64,000 nt of DNA from Flavobacteriaceae bacterium. GTDB lineage: Bacteria > Bacteroidota > Bacteroidia > Flavobacteriales > Flavobacteriaceae. This document shows, piece by piece, positions 21,095 to 30,938 of the stretch. The notes under the pieces are model-generated. The model made no database searches. It was not told the origin of the DNA and was given only the letters and a program-made list of their open reading frames with translations. The stretch covers positions 54,609 to 118,608 of the forward strand of contig DAIPYN010000001.1 in NCBI GenBank assembly GCA_036782715.1, read 5' to 3'. Positions within the stretch are counted from its first letter, which is position 1; each line of letters opens with the position of its first letter. The position numbers and the translations under genes were made by a program.

Positions 21095-21722
21095 TGGTGA
21101 AAAGTACCGCTTTTGATCGTAAATCTTTCAGTGCACTTATACCTGATTCTTTTTGATCAGATACGATCGGAGTAAGCATCCGAACTCCTAAAGCTAGTTT
21201 GCTTTTCTTTAAATAAAAATCAACACCCGCACCGAGTTCGATAGAGTGCATCAGTCTATTATAAGGAATCGTCCAAGATTCAAGTTCTTGAGATGTTTTG
21301 TAGCTAGCTAGATACCCTCCAAGAATAAAGGGATTGTAATTCGCATGTCGCTCTCCTTGAAATTTGATTAGCAGTGGTAGCTGTACTTCGGTGATTCCTC
21401 CTTCTGGATTTCCAATCGCTGCTCTATTCAAAAGAATTCCAGGTTCAATTCTAAGGTCGGTTCTTTCTAAAATCCGATGTTCTGCAACTAATCGAAATCC
21501 TCCAGCAATCCCATCAAAGATGTTTAATGCTGTCTCGTCAATCGGAGGATTTTCTATAGTATAACTGGTACCGTAATTGGTAAAATTGAAAAGAATTCCA
21601 AAGTTCCATGGCTCCTGGTCTGCACCCCGTAGATTTAGACCCGAGGGATGTCTCTTTTGCGCTTGACCAAAGAGGCTAAAGAGAATTGCGAAAATAGTAA
21701 TGATATGCTTATTTCTCAGCAT
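21051..21722 (-). CDS. porT: Outer-membrane beta-barrel protein, PorT/SprT-like (T9SS-associated), tentative
   Basis: Signal peptide plus alternating beta-strand pattern. Lies directly downstream of ubiE, the neighbourhood I recall for porT in Bacteroidota. ATG at 21722 preferred over the TTG at 21743. Confidence 0.5.
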   Translation of the reverse strand: MLRNKHIITIFAILFSLFGQAQKRHPSGLNLRGADQEPWNFGILFNFTNYGTSYTIENPPIDETALNIFDGIAGGFRLVAEHRILERTDLRIEPGILLNRAAIGNPEGGITEVQLPLLIKFQGERHANYNPFILGGYLASYKTSQELESWTIPYNRLMHSIELGAGVDFYLKKSKLALGVRMLTPIVSDQKESGISALKDLRSKAVLFTISFETKDGWKLYAR

Positions 21723-22449
21723 AATAGATACAGGCCGCGCCAAAGGTTTGGGGATGAAAGCTTGCTTTTGAAAAACCTACACGGATAAGTACCTCGGTTA
21801 GTTTTTCGTTGTATGGGAATTTCTCTGCAGAATCAGAAAGGTATTTATACGCTCTCGGATCTCTTGAAAAAAGTTTTCCGAAAAGGGGTAGTATGATTCT
21901 GCCGTGAATCTTGTACACCAATTTAAGAATCGGGTTAGTAGGCATCGAGGTCTCTAGTATGGCTAAGGTGCCTTCTGGTTTTAGAACTCGAAAAATTTCA
22001 GCCAAGCCGACCTCGAGATTCTCAAAATTCCTCACTCCAAAAGCAACGGTAGCTGCATCGAAACTTTGATCGGTATAGCTTAGGTTTTCGCTATCTCCGA
22101 TAACCATATCTATTTGATGTTTCAGCTGCTGAGAAAGAACCTTTTGTTTGCCTACTTCTAACATCCCTGGAGAGATGTCTAGGCCGGTTACCTTGGCCTT
22201 ACTTGATGCTGCTATCGCGATGGCTAAGTCTCCGGTCCCTGTTGCGACATCAAGTACCGTTTCGGGATTTAGGGACACGATATGATGAACCAGTTTTTTA
22301 CGCCATGACAAGTCAACACCAAAAGTAATCATTCGGTTCAGTTTGTCATATTCGCTAGAGATGGTATCAAACATGGTTGATACCTGTATCTTTTTCGAAT
22401 CCTTACGCTCTTTGTAGGGAACGATTTTCTGGTGTTTCTCTGAGCTCAT
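21709..22449 (-). CDS. ubiE: Demethylmenaquinone/ubiquinone methyltransferase
   Basis: YDKLNRMITFG, SAM motif VLDVATGTGDLA, and LKPEG...ILE. Confidence 0.9.
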   Translation of the reverse strand: MSSEKHQKIVPYKERKDSKKIQVSTMFDTISSEYDKLNRMITFGVDLSWRKKLVHHIVSLNPETVLDVATGTGDLAIAIAASSKAKVTGLDISPGMLEVGKQKVLSQQLKHQIDMVIGDSENLSYTDQSFDAATVAFGVRNFENLEVGLAEIFRVLKPEGTLAILETSMPTNPILKLVYKIHGRIILPLFGKLFSRDPRAYKYLSDSAEKFPYNEKLTEVLIRVGFSKASFHPQTFGAACIYYAEK

Positions 22450-22475
22450 AGGCTACAAAGATACGATTACCCTTT

Positions 22476-23666
22476 TTAAGACAGTGCTTCAGAAATGCGA
22501 CGAATCGCTTCTTTTAGCGAATCTTCAGAAGCCGCATAAGAAATTCGAATACAGTTTGAATCACCGAAAGCTTCACCAGTAACGGTAGCAACACTAGCCT
22601 CTTCTAAAAGGTAGAGCGAGAAGTCTGAAGCATTATTAATGGTTTTGCCTCGAAGCGTTTTGCCAAAGTATTCAGAAATATCAGGAAAAACGTAAAACGC
22701 TCCCTCGGGTACGTTCAATTTAAACCCTGGAATAGCGCCTAGAAGTTTTAAGACTAAATCTCTTCTTTGGTGAAACGCCTCGATCATGTAATCAATTTTT
22801 GATACAGGTGCTTCTAAGGCGGTGATAACTGCTCTTTGGGCAATAGCATTTGCACCACTAGTTACTTGACCTTGTAGTTTATTACAAGCCTTTGCAATCC
22901 AAGTTGGGGCACCGATATAACCGATACGCCAACCGGTCATCGCAAATGCCTTTGAAACACCATTTACGGTAACTACTCGATCGTAAAGCGATGGAATCGA
23001 TGCAATTGATGCATGGGATTCGTTACTGAAATTGATATGTTCGTAGATTTCGTCAGAAACGACGATGATATTTGGGTGATCATTTAGTACTTCTGCAAGT
23101 GCCTCTAGCTCTGATTGATGATAGAAAGATCCACTAGGATTACATGGAGAGCTGAACCAAAGCATGCGTGTTTTATCTGTAATTGCTGCACGCAATTGCT
23201 CAGGTGTCATTTTAAAGTCAGCATCGATCGTAGTTTTAACTTCAACAGGTACTCCTTCAGCTAGCTTTACAATGTCTCGATACGACACCCAGTAAGGAGC
23301 GGGTAAAATAACTTCATCACCAGGGTTGATAATTGCCATTGCCACGTTGTAAAGCGATTGTTTAGCCCCTGTAGAAACTACAATTTGATCTAGACCATAA
23401 GTCAGACCGTTATCTCTTTTAAATTTTAAAGCGATTGCTTGTTTTAGATCTGCATAACCGTCAACTGGAGAATAGCTGTTATAGTTTTCGTCAATAGCTT
23501 GTTTTGCTGAATCTTTAATGAATTCAGGAATGGTGAAGTCTGGTTCACCAAGGCTCAAGCCGATGATATCTTTGCCTTCGTTTTTTAATTCTCTTGCTTT
23601 TGCAGCCATTGCTAGAGTGGCTGAAATTTCCATTTTTTGGACGCGTTCTGACGGATGTGAATTCAT
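22476..23666 (-). CDS. PLP-dependent (aspartate-type, class I) aminotransferase
   Basis: SLGEPDF, PCNPSG, and PLP-lysine context SKAFAMTGWRIGY. Confidence 0.9.
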   Translation of the reverse strand: MNSHPSERVQKMEISATLAMAAKARELKNEGKDIIGLSLGEPDFTIPEFIKDSAKQAIDENYNSYSPVDGYADLKQAIALKFKRDNGLTYGLDQIVVSTGAKQSLYNVAMAIINPGDEVILPAPYWVSYRDIVKLAEGVPVEVKTTIDADFKMTPEQLRAAITDKTRMLWFSSPCNPSGSFYHQSELEALAEVLNDHPNIIVVSDEIYEHINFSNESHASIASIPSLYDRVVTVNGVSKAFAMTGWRIGYIGAPTWIAKACNKLQGQVTSGANAIAQRAVITALEAPVSKIDYMIEAFHQRRDLVLKLLGAIPGFKLNVPEGAFYVFPDISEYFGKTLRGKTINNASDFSLYLLEEASVATVTGEAFGDSNCIRISYAASEDSLKEAIRRISEALS

Positions 23667-23707
23667 AATTTCTTTACTATGCAGTTTTAAGACTGCAATG
23701 TTAGTGA

Positions 23708-23715
23708 TAATTTTG
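23708..23715 (+). promoter_or_regulatory. Candidate -7 promoter box (TAATTTTG) for rsmG
   Basis: Exact TAnnTTTG 17 nt upstream of the rsmG ATG, in the divergent intergenic region. Confidence 0.4.
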
Positions 23716-23732
23716 TTTTCTCAACGTCTACT

Positions 23733-24362
23733 ATGAAAGCGCAAGATCTACTTCAATACTTCCCTCAACTAACTGATATTCAAAAAGAAAGATTTGAATT
23801 ACTAGGTGAATTATATCAGGATTGGAATCAAAAAATCAATGTGGTATCACGAAAAGATATTGAAGAGTTATATCTGCGTCATGTGTTGCATTCTTTGGCT
23901 ATTGGTTTGTTTCAAGAATTTAAGCCTAAATCAAAAATTATTGATGTGGGAACGGGTGGTGGATTTCCAGGTATTCCCTTAGCAATACTTTTCCCAGAGG
24001 TTTCCTTCACTTTAGTTGATTCAATCGGTAAAAAAATTAAAGTGGTTGATGAGGTCGTTTCAGGTCTTGGGTTAACCAATGTGATATCAATTAACGATCG
24101 AGTAGAAAATGTGGCGGGAACTTTTGATTTTATTGTAAGTCGTGCGGTAGCTGCAATGCCAACTTTTGTTCACTGGGTTGAAGGAAAAATTGATTTAGAA
24201 AACAAGCATGAGCGGGCTAACGGTATTCTGTATCTCAAAGGAGGAGATTTAACCGAAGAATTGGCTCCCTTTAAAAACAAAATAACGGTATACGATTTAT
24301 ACGATCGCATACCGTTAGATTTCTTTGAAACGAAACGTCTCGTTTATTTGCCCCTATCCTAA
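23733..24362 (+). CDS. rsmG: 16S rRNA (guanine527-N7)-methyltransferase
   Basis: GidB-family sequence with SAM motif IIDVGTGGGFPGIPLAI; 209 aa. Confidence 0.92.
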   Translation: MKAQDLLQYFPQLTDIQKERFELLGELYQDWNQKINVVSRKDIEELYLRHVLHSLAIGLFQEFKPKSKIIDVGTGGGFPGIPLAILFPEVSFTLVDSIGKKIKVVDEVVSGLGLTNVISINDRVENVAGTFDFIVSRAVAAMPTFVHWVEGKIDLENKHERANGILYLKGGDLTEELAPFKNKITVYDLYDRIPLDFFETKRLVYLPLS

Positions 24363-25982
24363 AAACGGATATTTATAATCAGTAGGGGTTAGGAAGGTCT
24401 CCTTAATTAATCTTGGCGATACCCAACGTGTAAGGTTCAGCACTGATCCCGCTTTATCATTGGTGCCAGACGCTCTTGCTCCTCCAAAGGGCTGTTGACC
24501 TACAACGGCTCCAGTTGGCTTGTCGTTTAGATAGAAATTACCTGCGGCGTTTTGAAGCGCTGTAATTGCCTCATTCATCGCATAACGATCTTCTGAGAAT
24601 ACGGCTCCCGTTAAAGCATATTCTGAGGTTTCGTCAACTAGTTTTAAGGTGTTTGACCAATCCTTATCTTGATACACATAAACGGTAACTATGGGTCCGA
24701 ATAGTTCGGTCTCCATAGTGGTGTATTTTGGGTCTGTGGTGACGATAACGGTTGGTTCAATGAAGTATCCTTTCGATTTGTCATATCCTCCACCGGCGAA
24801 AACTTCAGCATTCGAATCGCTCTTAGCTCGATCGATAACAGAAGCAAGTTTATCGAAGGATCCTTCGTGAATGACGGCAGTTACGAATCGACTCATATCT
24901 TCAGGACTTCCTGGCTCGCCAATCGTTTCAATATCTGCTTTAACCTGCCCTAAAATTTCTTCCGCTTTTGACTGTGGTAAATATACTCTCGAAGCAGCAC
25001 TACATTTTTGACCTTGAAATTCAAAAGCTCCTCGAATAATTGCTGTAGCGACTTGCTTTGCCTGGGCCGAAGGATGGGCAATAATAAAATCCTTTCCTCC
25101 AGTCTCTCCGACGATTCTTGGGTAAGTTTTGTAAGTTTCTATGTTTGATCCAATCTGTTTCCAAAGTGATTTAAAAACAAACGTTGAGCCTGTAAAGTGA
25201 AGCCCCGCAAAATCAGGAGACGATAAAACTTTGTCAGTTACCATTACAGGGTCTCCAGTGATCATATTAATTACACCGCTTGGCAGTCCAGCTTCTTTGA
25301 AAATTTCAACGATAACTCTTGCTGAAAATACTTGCGCATCACTGGGTTTCCAAACAACAGTATTACCCATCATGGCTGGAGCAGCTGGTAAATTTCCGGC
25401 GATTGCTGTAAAGTTAAAAGGGCTAATCGCGTACACGAAGCCTTCTAATGGTCTAAATTCAAGGCGATTCCAAATACCATCACCTGATTCAGGTTGTTCA
25501 TTGTATATCTCTGTCATGAAGTATACGTTGAAGCGTAGGAAATCAGCAAACTCACAAGCAGCATCAATTTCAGCTTGGTGTACTGTTTTTGACTGAGCTA
25601 ACATGGTAGCTGCATTGATTCTCGCTCTGTAGGGACCCGCGATAAGATCGGCAGCCTTCAAGAAAATAGATGCGCGTTGCTCCCAAGGTAGCGCTGACCA
25701 TTTAGCCTTTGCAGATAATGCTTCATTGATTGCCAATTCTACATGCTGAGGTTCAGCGTAATAATAAGAACCGATTTGGTGCTGGTGATCATGTGGCGGA
25801 TACAATCCTCTCTGATCACTGGTGCGAATTTCTTCCTTACCGATGTACATTGGAATATCGGCATGGCCATTATATTGTTCTTGGTAAGAAGCCAAAACTT
25901 CTTCTCTTTCTTTTGTTCCTTTTGCGTAGCTAAGCACTGGCTCATTAACGGGTAGTGGAACTTGGAAAATAGCATTACTCAT
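24354..25982 (-). CDS. pruA: L-glutamate gamma-semialdehyde (delta-1-pyrroline-5-carboxylate) dehydrogenase
   Basis: Aldehyde dehydrogenase motifs ETGGKD and FEFQGQKCSAASR (catalytic Cys). ATG at 25982 (MSNAIFQVP...) gives 542 aa. The 45-aa extension in the ORF track is rejected. Confidence 0.9.
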   Translation of the reverse strand: MSNAIFQVPLPVNEPVLSYAKGTKEREEVLASYQEQYNGHADIPMYIGKEEIRTSDQRGLYPPHDHQHQIGSYYYAEPQHVELAINEALSAKAKWSALPWEQRASIFLKAADLIAGPYRARINAATMLAQSKTVHQAEIDAACEFADFLRFNVYFMTEIYNEQPESGDGIWNRLEFRPLEGFVYAISPFNFTAIAGNLPAAPAMMGNTVVWKPSDAQVFSARVIVEIFKEAGLPSGVINMITGDPVMVTDKVLSSPDFAGLHFTGSTFVFKSLWKQIGSNIETYKTYPRIVGETGGKDFIIAHPSAQAKQVATAIIRGAFEFQGQKCSAASRVYLPQSKAEEILGQVKADIETIGEPGSPEDMSRFVTAVIHEGSFDKLASVIDRAKSDSNAEVFAGGGYDKSKGYFIEPTVIVTTDPKYTTMETELFGPIVTVYVYQDKDWSNTLKLVDETSEYALTGAVFSEDRYAMNEAITALQNAAGNFYLNDKPTGAVVGQQPFGGARASGTNDKAGSVLNLTRWVSPRLIKETFLTPTDYKYPFLG

Positions 25983-26018
25983 AAGGGCAATTTTTAAGTT
26001 AATGATCTGCGTTGTTAA

Positions 26019-26026
26019 CAAAGGTA
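26019..26026 (-). promoter_or_regulatory. Candidate -7 promoter box (TACCTTTG) for pruA
   Basis: Exact TAnnTTTG on the minus strand, 36 nt upstream of the ATG at 25982. Confidence 0.45.
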
Positions 26027-26055
26027 CTTTAATTATAAGTTTTTCTTCTTTGAGG

Positions 26056-26088
26056 TTTGCCTTAAGTATGCTTTTAGCTGTATTTTTG
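26056..26088 (+). promoter_or_regulatory. Candidate nqr operon promoter: -33 TTTG (26056..26059) and -7 TATTTTTG (26081..26088)
   Basis: Both Bacteroidota consensus elements are present with 21-nt spacing, 27 nt upstream of the nqrA ATG at 26116. Confidence 0.55.
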
Positions 26089-26115
26089 CAACCAAATATT
26101 AACGGCCTTAAAGAC

Positions 26116-27468
26116 ATGTCTCAAGACATCAAAATCAAGAAAGGACTCTCAATCAATCTCTTAGGAGATGCTGAGCATACCTTTCACAAGGAAGTAGCTT
26201 CGCCTACTTATGTTATTTATCCGACAGATTTTCATGGTTTAACCCCTAAGTTGGTGATCAAAGAAGGTGCTCATGTGAAAGCAGGAGAAACCCTATTTTT
26301 TGACAAAAACAGACCAGAGATTACTGTAGCTTCTCCCGTAAGTGGTGAGGTTACAGAAATCGCTAGAGGAGAACGAAGAAGAGTGTTGAGTATTAAAATT
26401 GCTGCCGACAAGGATCAGAAAGCAGTTGAGAACAAAACTATTTCTTTTTCAGAAGCTTCTGCCGCTGAATTGAAGGCGTATTTGTTAGCTTCTGGTGTAT
26501 GGCCTTTCGTGAAACAACGTCCTTATGATGTGATCGCAAATCCAGCGGGAATACCCAAAGCGATTTTTATCTCAGGATTAAACACAGGGCCCCTAAATCC
26601 TGATCTCGATTTTGTTCTAAGAGGAAAAGAGGAAAAACTTCAGGCTGCACTTACGGCGCTTAAAAAATTAACTCCTGGGTCTATTCATGTAGGGGTGGAG
26701 TCTAAAGAAAACTCTGTTTTTGGAACCTTAGACCATATCAATCTGCATACCGTTAGTGGGCCTCACCCGGCGGGATTGGTAGGAACTCAAATTGCTGCCA
26801 TTAATCCTATCAGTAAAGGTGAATTGGTTTGGACCATTGCCGCTCAAGATCTAGTGGTTATTGGTGAGCTTCTTTTAACGGGTAAATACAATGCCTCAAG
26901 AACGCTTGCGGTAACGGGTTCTTCAGTAGTAGCACCTCAATATATAAAAACAAAAATCGGAGCCGGGCTCACAGGTATCTTTGAGGCCTTAGGAGTTAAA
27001 GAGGGTGATCAGCGATTTATCAATGGAGATGTGCTTACCGGTAAGAAAACTTCTAAACAAGGCTCTTTAGGTTTCTACAATACGCAATTGACGGTGATCC
27101 CTGAAGGGAATGACTACGAATTTTTCGGATGGAACAAACCTGTCTTTAATAAGATTTCTCCGACTAGAGCACTTACGTTCTCATGGTTAAATAAAAAGAA
27201 GAAATACGATTTAGATACCAACACCAATGGAGAGCATCGTGCCTTTGTAATCACAGGTAGTTATGAAGAGGTTTTTCCTTTGGATATATTTCCTATGCAA
27301 TTGCTAAAAGCTTGTATGGTAAAGGATCTAGATGATATGGAGAACTTAGGTCTTTACGAGGTAGCTCCTGAAGATTTTTCTCTTACTGAATTTATATGTA
27401 TCTCAAAACAGCCCCATCAGGATATCATCCGAAAAGGGCTTGATTTAATGCAACAAGAACTCGGTTAA
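26116..27468 (+). CDS. nqrA: Na+-translocating NADH:quinone oxidoreductase subunit A
   Basis: Starts MSQDIKIKKGL..., typical of NqrA. First gene of the nqrABCDEF order. The upstream 38-aa extension in the ORF track is rejected. Confidence 0.92.
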   Translation: MSQDIKIKKGLSINLLGDAEHTFHKEVASPTYVIYPTDFHGLTPKLVIKEGAHVKAGETLFFDKNRPEITVASPVSGEVTEIARGERRRVLSIKIAADKDQKAVENKTISFSEASAAELKAYLLASGVWPFVKQRPYDVIANPAGIPKAIFISGLNTGPLNPDLDFVLRGKEEKLQAALTALKKLTPGSIHVGVESKENSVFGTLDHINLHTVSGPHPAGLVGTQIAAINPISKGELVWTIAAQDLVVIGELLLTGKYNASRTLAVTGSSVVAPQYIKTKIGAGLTGIFEALGVKEGDQRFINGDVLTGKKTSKQGSLGFYNTQLTVIPEGNDYEFFGWNKPVFNKISPTRALTFSWLNKKKKYDLDTNTNGEHRAFVITGSYEEVFPLDIFPMQLLKACMVKDLDDMENLGLYEVAPEDFSLTEFICISKQPHQDIIRKGLDLMQQELG

Positions 27469-27476
27469 CTTTTGTT

Positions 27477-28727
27477 ATGAAACAGAAACTTCACGAAATC
27501 AAAGAAAGTTTTAAGGGCAATAAGTGGGCTCCTGCATTCAATGCGATCCACACGTTCTTATACACCCCTAATGAGGTAACTCATTCAGGAACTCACGTTA
27601 AGGCAGTTGACGATCTTAAACGTACCATGAATACTGTAATCCAGGCACTTATCCCTGTATTGCTTTTTGGAATATTTAACGCGGGCTACCAGCACTATAG
27701 TGCTATCGAAGGTTTTCCAGAAAATTTCTCAGTACTTGAACACTTTATTACTTGGAGAAACTTTGTAGTAGGGCTTACAACTGTACTGCCATTACTTATT
27801 GTTTCTTACGGGGTCGGTCTTGCCATCGAATTCGTTTTCGCTGTTATTAAAGGGCACGAAGTTGAGGAGGGGTATCTGGTAACAGGTATTCTTGTACCAC
27901 TTATTGTACCGGTAGATACTCCACTTTGGATGCTTGCCATTGCGGTAGCTTTCGGTGTAGTAATCGGTAAAGAAGTTTTCGGAGGAACGGGTATGAATAT
28001 TTTAAATCCGGCATTGACGATTCGTGCATTCTTATTCTTCGCATACCCAACCTGGATGAGTGGGGATAAAGTTTGGGTACACGGTGCCGTTGATGGCTTA
28101 ACTAAAGCCAACTCTACAGATGCAATCTCCGGTGAGACCATTTTAGGTTTTCTAGCACAGAATAGAGCTGAAGATTACGCTTATTCCATTTCAGATATGT
28201 TCTTCGGATTCATTCCTGGTTCGGTGGGTGAAACTTCAGCACTTCTTATACTATTAGGAGGTCTTTATCTCATCTTTACTAAGATTGCAAGTTGGAGAAT
28301 TATGTTAAGCGCAGTATTAGGAGCACTTACCATGGGGCTTATTTTCAATGCTGTAGTGGATTTCGGGTGGATTGGTACCTATAGCAAATTCTATAGCTTG
28401 ATGGCTTTTGATTTTTGGAAACACCTGATTGTCGGTGGTCTAGCTTTTGGTATAGTTTATATGGCAACAGACCCTGTAACTGGCTCTCAAACGAATAAAG
28501 GAAAGTGGTTTTACGGGTTCTTTATCGGATTCATCTCTGTGATGATTCGCGTATTCAACCCAGGTTATCCAGAAGGAGTTTTCTTAGCGATTCTGCTGAT
28601 GAATGTATTCGCTCCAACGATCGACCACTATGTAGTTCAAGCAAATGTTAAACGTCGTAAAAAGCGTGCGGAGAAAGCGGTTATCTATACCGAAGAGTCG
28701 GCATCTTTAGAGACTCAATCTGCATAA
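27477..28727 (+). CDS. nqrB: Na+-NQR subunit B
   Basis: Polytopic membrane protein with an FMN-attachment-type motif (DAISGETIL); operon position. Confidence 0.93.
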   Translation: MKQKLHEIKESFKGNKWAPAFNAIHTFLYTPNEVTHSGTHVKAVDDLKRTMNTVIQALIPVLLFGIFNAGYQHYSAIEGFPENFSVLEHFITWRNFVVGLTTVLPLLIVSYGVGLAIEFVFAVIKGHEVEEGYLVTGILVPLIVPVDTPLWMLAIAVAFGVVIGKEVFGGTGMNILNPALTIRAFLFFAYPTWMSGDKVWVHGAVDGLTKANSTDAISGETILGFLAQNRAEDYAYSISDMFFGFIPGSVGETSALLILLGGLYLIFTKIASWRIMLSAVLGALTMGLIFNAVVDFGWIGTYSKFYSLMAFDFWKHLIVGGLAFGIVYMATDPVTGSQTNKGKWFYGFFIGFISVMIRVFNPGYPEGVFLAILLMNVFAPTIDHYVVQANVKRRKKRAEKAVIYTEESASLETQSA

Positions 28728-28739
28728 TTCAAATTAGCT

Positions 28740-29492
28740 ATGGCAATTAATACAGATAAGAATTCATATACCATCGTTTTCTCAGTGGTGATGGTCGGTA
28801 TTGTAGGTTCGATCCTAGCTCTTGCTGCGACTGGACTTAAAGATAAGATTGGAGAGAATCAACGCTTTGAAAAACAGCAAAATATTCTCTACGCAATGGG
28901 TGTCAATGCAAATGCGGATGCTGGTAGCGTAACTTTTGTTCCAACGACAGAGGTAGCTGAGAAGTTTCAGGAGATTATCAAAGAACAATATGTTATTGTT
29001 GATGGTAAGGCAGAACTGTTTGAGGATGCATACGCCAAGATTGATCTCAAGAAAGAGCTTGACCTCATCAAATCAGGAAAAGAAGGTAAACTTCCTTTCT
29101 TCATTGGAGAAAATGACGGTAAGCGATACTACATCATTCCTATGTATGGTAAAGGATTATGGGACGCTATTTGGGGGTATTTGGCACTTGATGAAGACTT
29201 CGTGGTATCGGGTGTTTACTTCGACCACAAAGGAGAGACTCCCGGTCTTGGAGCCAACATCAAAATGCGTTTTTTCATGGATGACTTTGCCGGCGAATCG
29301 ATTTACCGAGATGGTGGATACAAAGGGGTAGCTGTAGTTAAAGGAAATAACGATCCCCTAAACCAAGACAAAACCGACGGTCAAGTGGACGCATTAGCCG
29401 GTGCTACGATTACAGGTAATGGAGTTACCGCTATGATCAACGAAAGCGTTAAGCTTTATCAACCTTATTTAGAAACTTTACGAATCCAATAG
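28740..29492 (+). CDS. nqrC: Na+-NQR subunit C
   Basis: Single N-terminal TM; FMN-attachment motif ALAGATITGNG; operon position. Confidence 0.93.
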   Translation: MAINTDKNSYTIVFSVVMVGIVGSILALAATGLKDKIGENQRFEKQQNILYAMGVNANADAGSVTFVPTTEVAEKFQEIIKEQYVIVDGKAELFEDAYAKIDLKKELDLIKSGKEGKLPFFIGENDGKRYYIIPMYGKGLWDAIWGYLALDEDFVVSGVYFDHKGETPGLGANIKMRFFMDDFAGESIYRDGGYKGVAVVKGNNDPLNQDKTDGQVDALAGATITGNGVTAMINESVKLYQPYLETLRIQ

Positions 29493-29494
29493 AT

Positions 29495-30142
29495 ATGGGA
29501 CTACTTTCAAAAAAGGATGCTCAACTCATTTTAGATCCGCTTGCTGATAACAATCCAATTACTATTCAGGTACTTGGTATTTGTTCGGCACTTGCGATTA
29601 CTGCAGAGTTAAAGGCCTCATTGGTTATGGCCTTTTCGGTACTTTTCGTACTCGGAGTTGGTAACGTGGTGATTTCTTTATTAAGAAATGTGATTCCATC
29701 TAAGATTCGAATTATCGTACAATTAGTGGTCGTTGCAACCCTTGTAATTATCGTTGATCAGGTATTAAAGGCGTTTGCTTACGAGTTAAGTAAGACCCTA
29801 TCGGTATTCGTAGGTTTAATTATTACCAACTGTATTATTATGGGACGTTTTGAAGCCTTTGCGCTTGGTAATGGTCCTTGGAAATCTTTCTTAGACGGTA
29901 TAGGTAATTCACTTGGATATGGTGTGATCCTAATCATTATCGGATTCTTTCGTGAATTATTAGGTTCAGGAACTCTTTTAGGCTATGCTGTGTTAGGCGA
30001 TCCTATTGCCAAGACAGGACTTTATGCCTATGGATATGAAAATAACGGATTTATGATTATTCCACCTGCTGCACTTATTGTGGTAGGGATTATCATTTGG
30101 GTTCAGCGCTCGCGCAACTCACAATTAATTGAAGAAGCTTAA
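29495..30142 (+). CDS. nqrD: Na+-NQR subunit D
   Basis: 215-aa polytopic membrane protein with the conserved NCIIMGR cysteine region; operon position. Confidence 0.93.
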   Translation: MGLLSKKDAQLILDPLADNNPITIQVLGICSALAITAELKASLVMAFSVLFVLGVGNVVISLLRNVIPSKIRIIVQLVVVATLVIIVDQVLKAFAYELSKTLSVFVGLIITNCIIMGRFEAFALGNGPWKSFLDGIGNSLGYGVILIIIGFFRELLGSGTLLGYAVLGDPIAKTGLYAYGYENNGFMIIPPAALIVVGIIIWVQRSRNSQLIEEA

Positions 30143-30153
30143 CAACTACGGTC

Positions 30154-30918
30154 ATGTTAGAACACTTAGAATTATTTTTCAAGTCAATATTTATTGACAA
30201 CATGGTATTTGCCGTTTTCTTAGGGATGTGTTCCTATTTAGCGGTTTCTAAAAAAGTATCTACAGCAGTAGGTTTGGGTGCGGCAGTAATCTTTGTACTT
30301 GCAGTTACCGTTCCTATGAACTGGCTTCTTGATCAGTACGTTCTTCAACCAGGTGCGTTAGCATGGTTGGGTGAAGAATTTGTGGATTACGATCTCAGCT
30401 TCCTTTCTTTTATTCTTTTTATTGCAACCATTGCAACCATGGTTCAATTGGTAGAGATTGTCGTTGAGAAGTTTGCACCTGCACTATACAATTCATTAGG
30501 TATTTTCTTACCTCTTATCGCTGTAAACTGTGCGATTTTAGGGGGTTCTCTATTTATGCAGGCGAGAGAAATACCTAGCCTAGCACTTGCTTTTAACTAC
30601 GGTGTTAGCTCAGGTATCGGATGGTTCTTAGCAATCCTTGCTATTGCTGCGATTAGAGAGAAAATTAGATATTCTGCCGTACCTGCGCCATTAAGAGGTT
30701 TAGGGATCACTTTCATTATTACCGGACTTATGGGTATTGGATTCCAAAGTTTTGGTGGAATGCTAACGGGTGATAATGAACCACCAGGAGTTGAAGAAAC
30801 AGTAGTTGAAGCTACTGAGGTTGAGGTGCCAACTACCTCTGATGAATTAAATGAAACAACAGGTTTAGAAGCTGAAGAAACTCCGGATGCTGAAGAAACC
30901 ATCGCGTCGATTAACTAA
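30154..30918 (+). CDS. nqrE: Na+-NQR subunit E with about 50-aa acidic C-terminal extension
   Basis: Membrane core with AVNCAILGG. Tail is GDNEPPGVEETVVEATEVEVPTTSDELNETTGLEAEETPDAEETIASIN. Confidence 0.9.
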   Translation: MLEHLELFFKSIFIDNMVFAVFLGMCSYLAVSKKVSTAVGLGAAVIFVLAVTVPMNWLLDQYVLQPGALAWLGEEFVDYDLSFLSFILFIATIATMVQLVEIVVEKFAPALYNSLGIFLPLIAVNCAILGGSLFMQAREIPSLALAFNYGVSSGIGWFLAILAIAAIREKIRYSAVPAPLRGLGITFIITGLMGIGFQSFGGMLTGDNEPPGVEETVVEATEVEVPTTSDELNETTGLEAEETPDAEETIASIN

Positions 30919-30938
30919 ACGAAATAAAGGAAGAAACT

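Noticed and set aside
25231-25596. 121-aa plus-strand ORF, plus the small ORFs at 25730..25975.
   Set aside because: All are embedded antisense or out of frame in pruA, whose aldehyde-dehydrogenase motifs are unambiguous.
25983-26117. Mutually overlapping N-terminal extensions of pruA (to 26117) and nqrA (from 26002) in the ORF track.
   Set aside because: The extensions would remove the divergent intergenic region. They also contain exact promoter boxes for both genes. Internal ATGs give canonical N-termini (MSNAIFQVP..., MSQDIKIKKGL...).
27806-28141. 111-aa minus-strand ORF.
   Set aside because: It lies antisense inside nqrB. No independent support.
28990-29331. 113-aa same-strand alternative-frame ORF inside nqrC.
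   Set aside because: The nqrC frame carries the conserved FMN-attachment motif and spans the region. The alternative frame has no signal sequence or motifs.
30597-30902. 101-aa minus-strand S/T/V-rich ORF.
   Set aside because: It is the mirror image of the acidic GAA/GAG-rich nqrE tail, so it is a compositional artefact.
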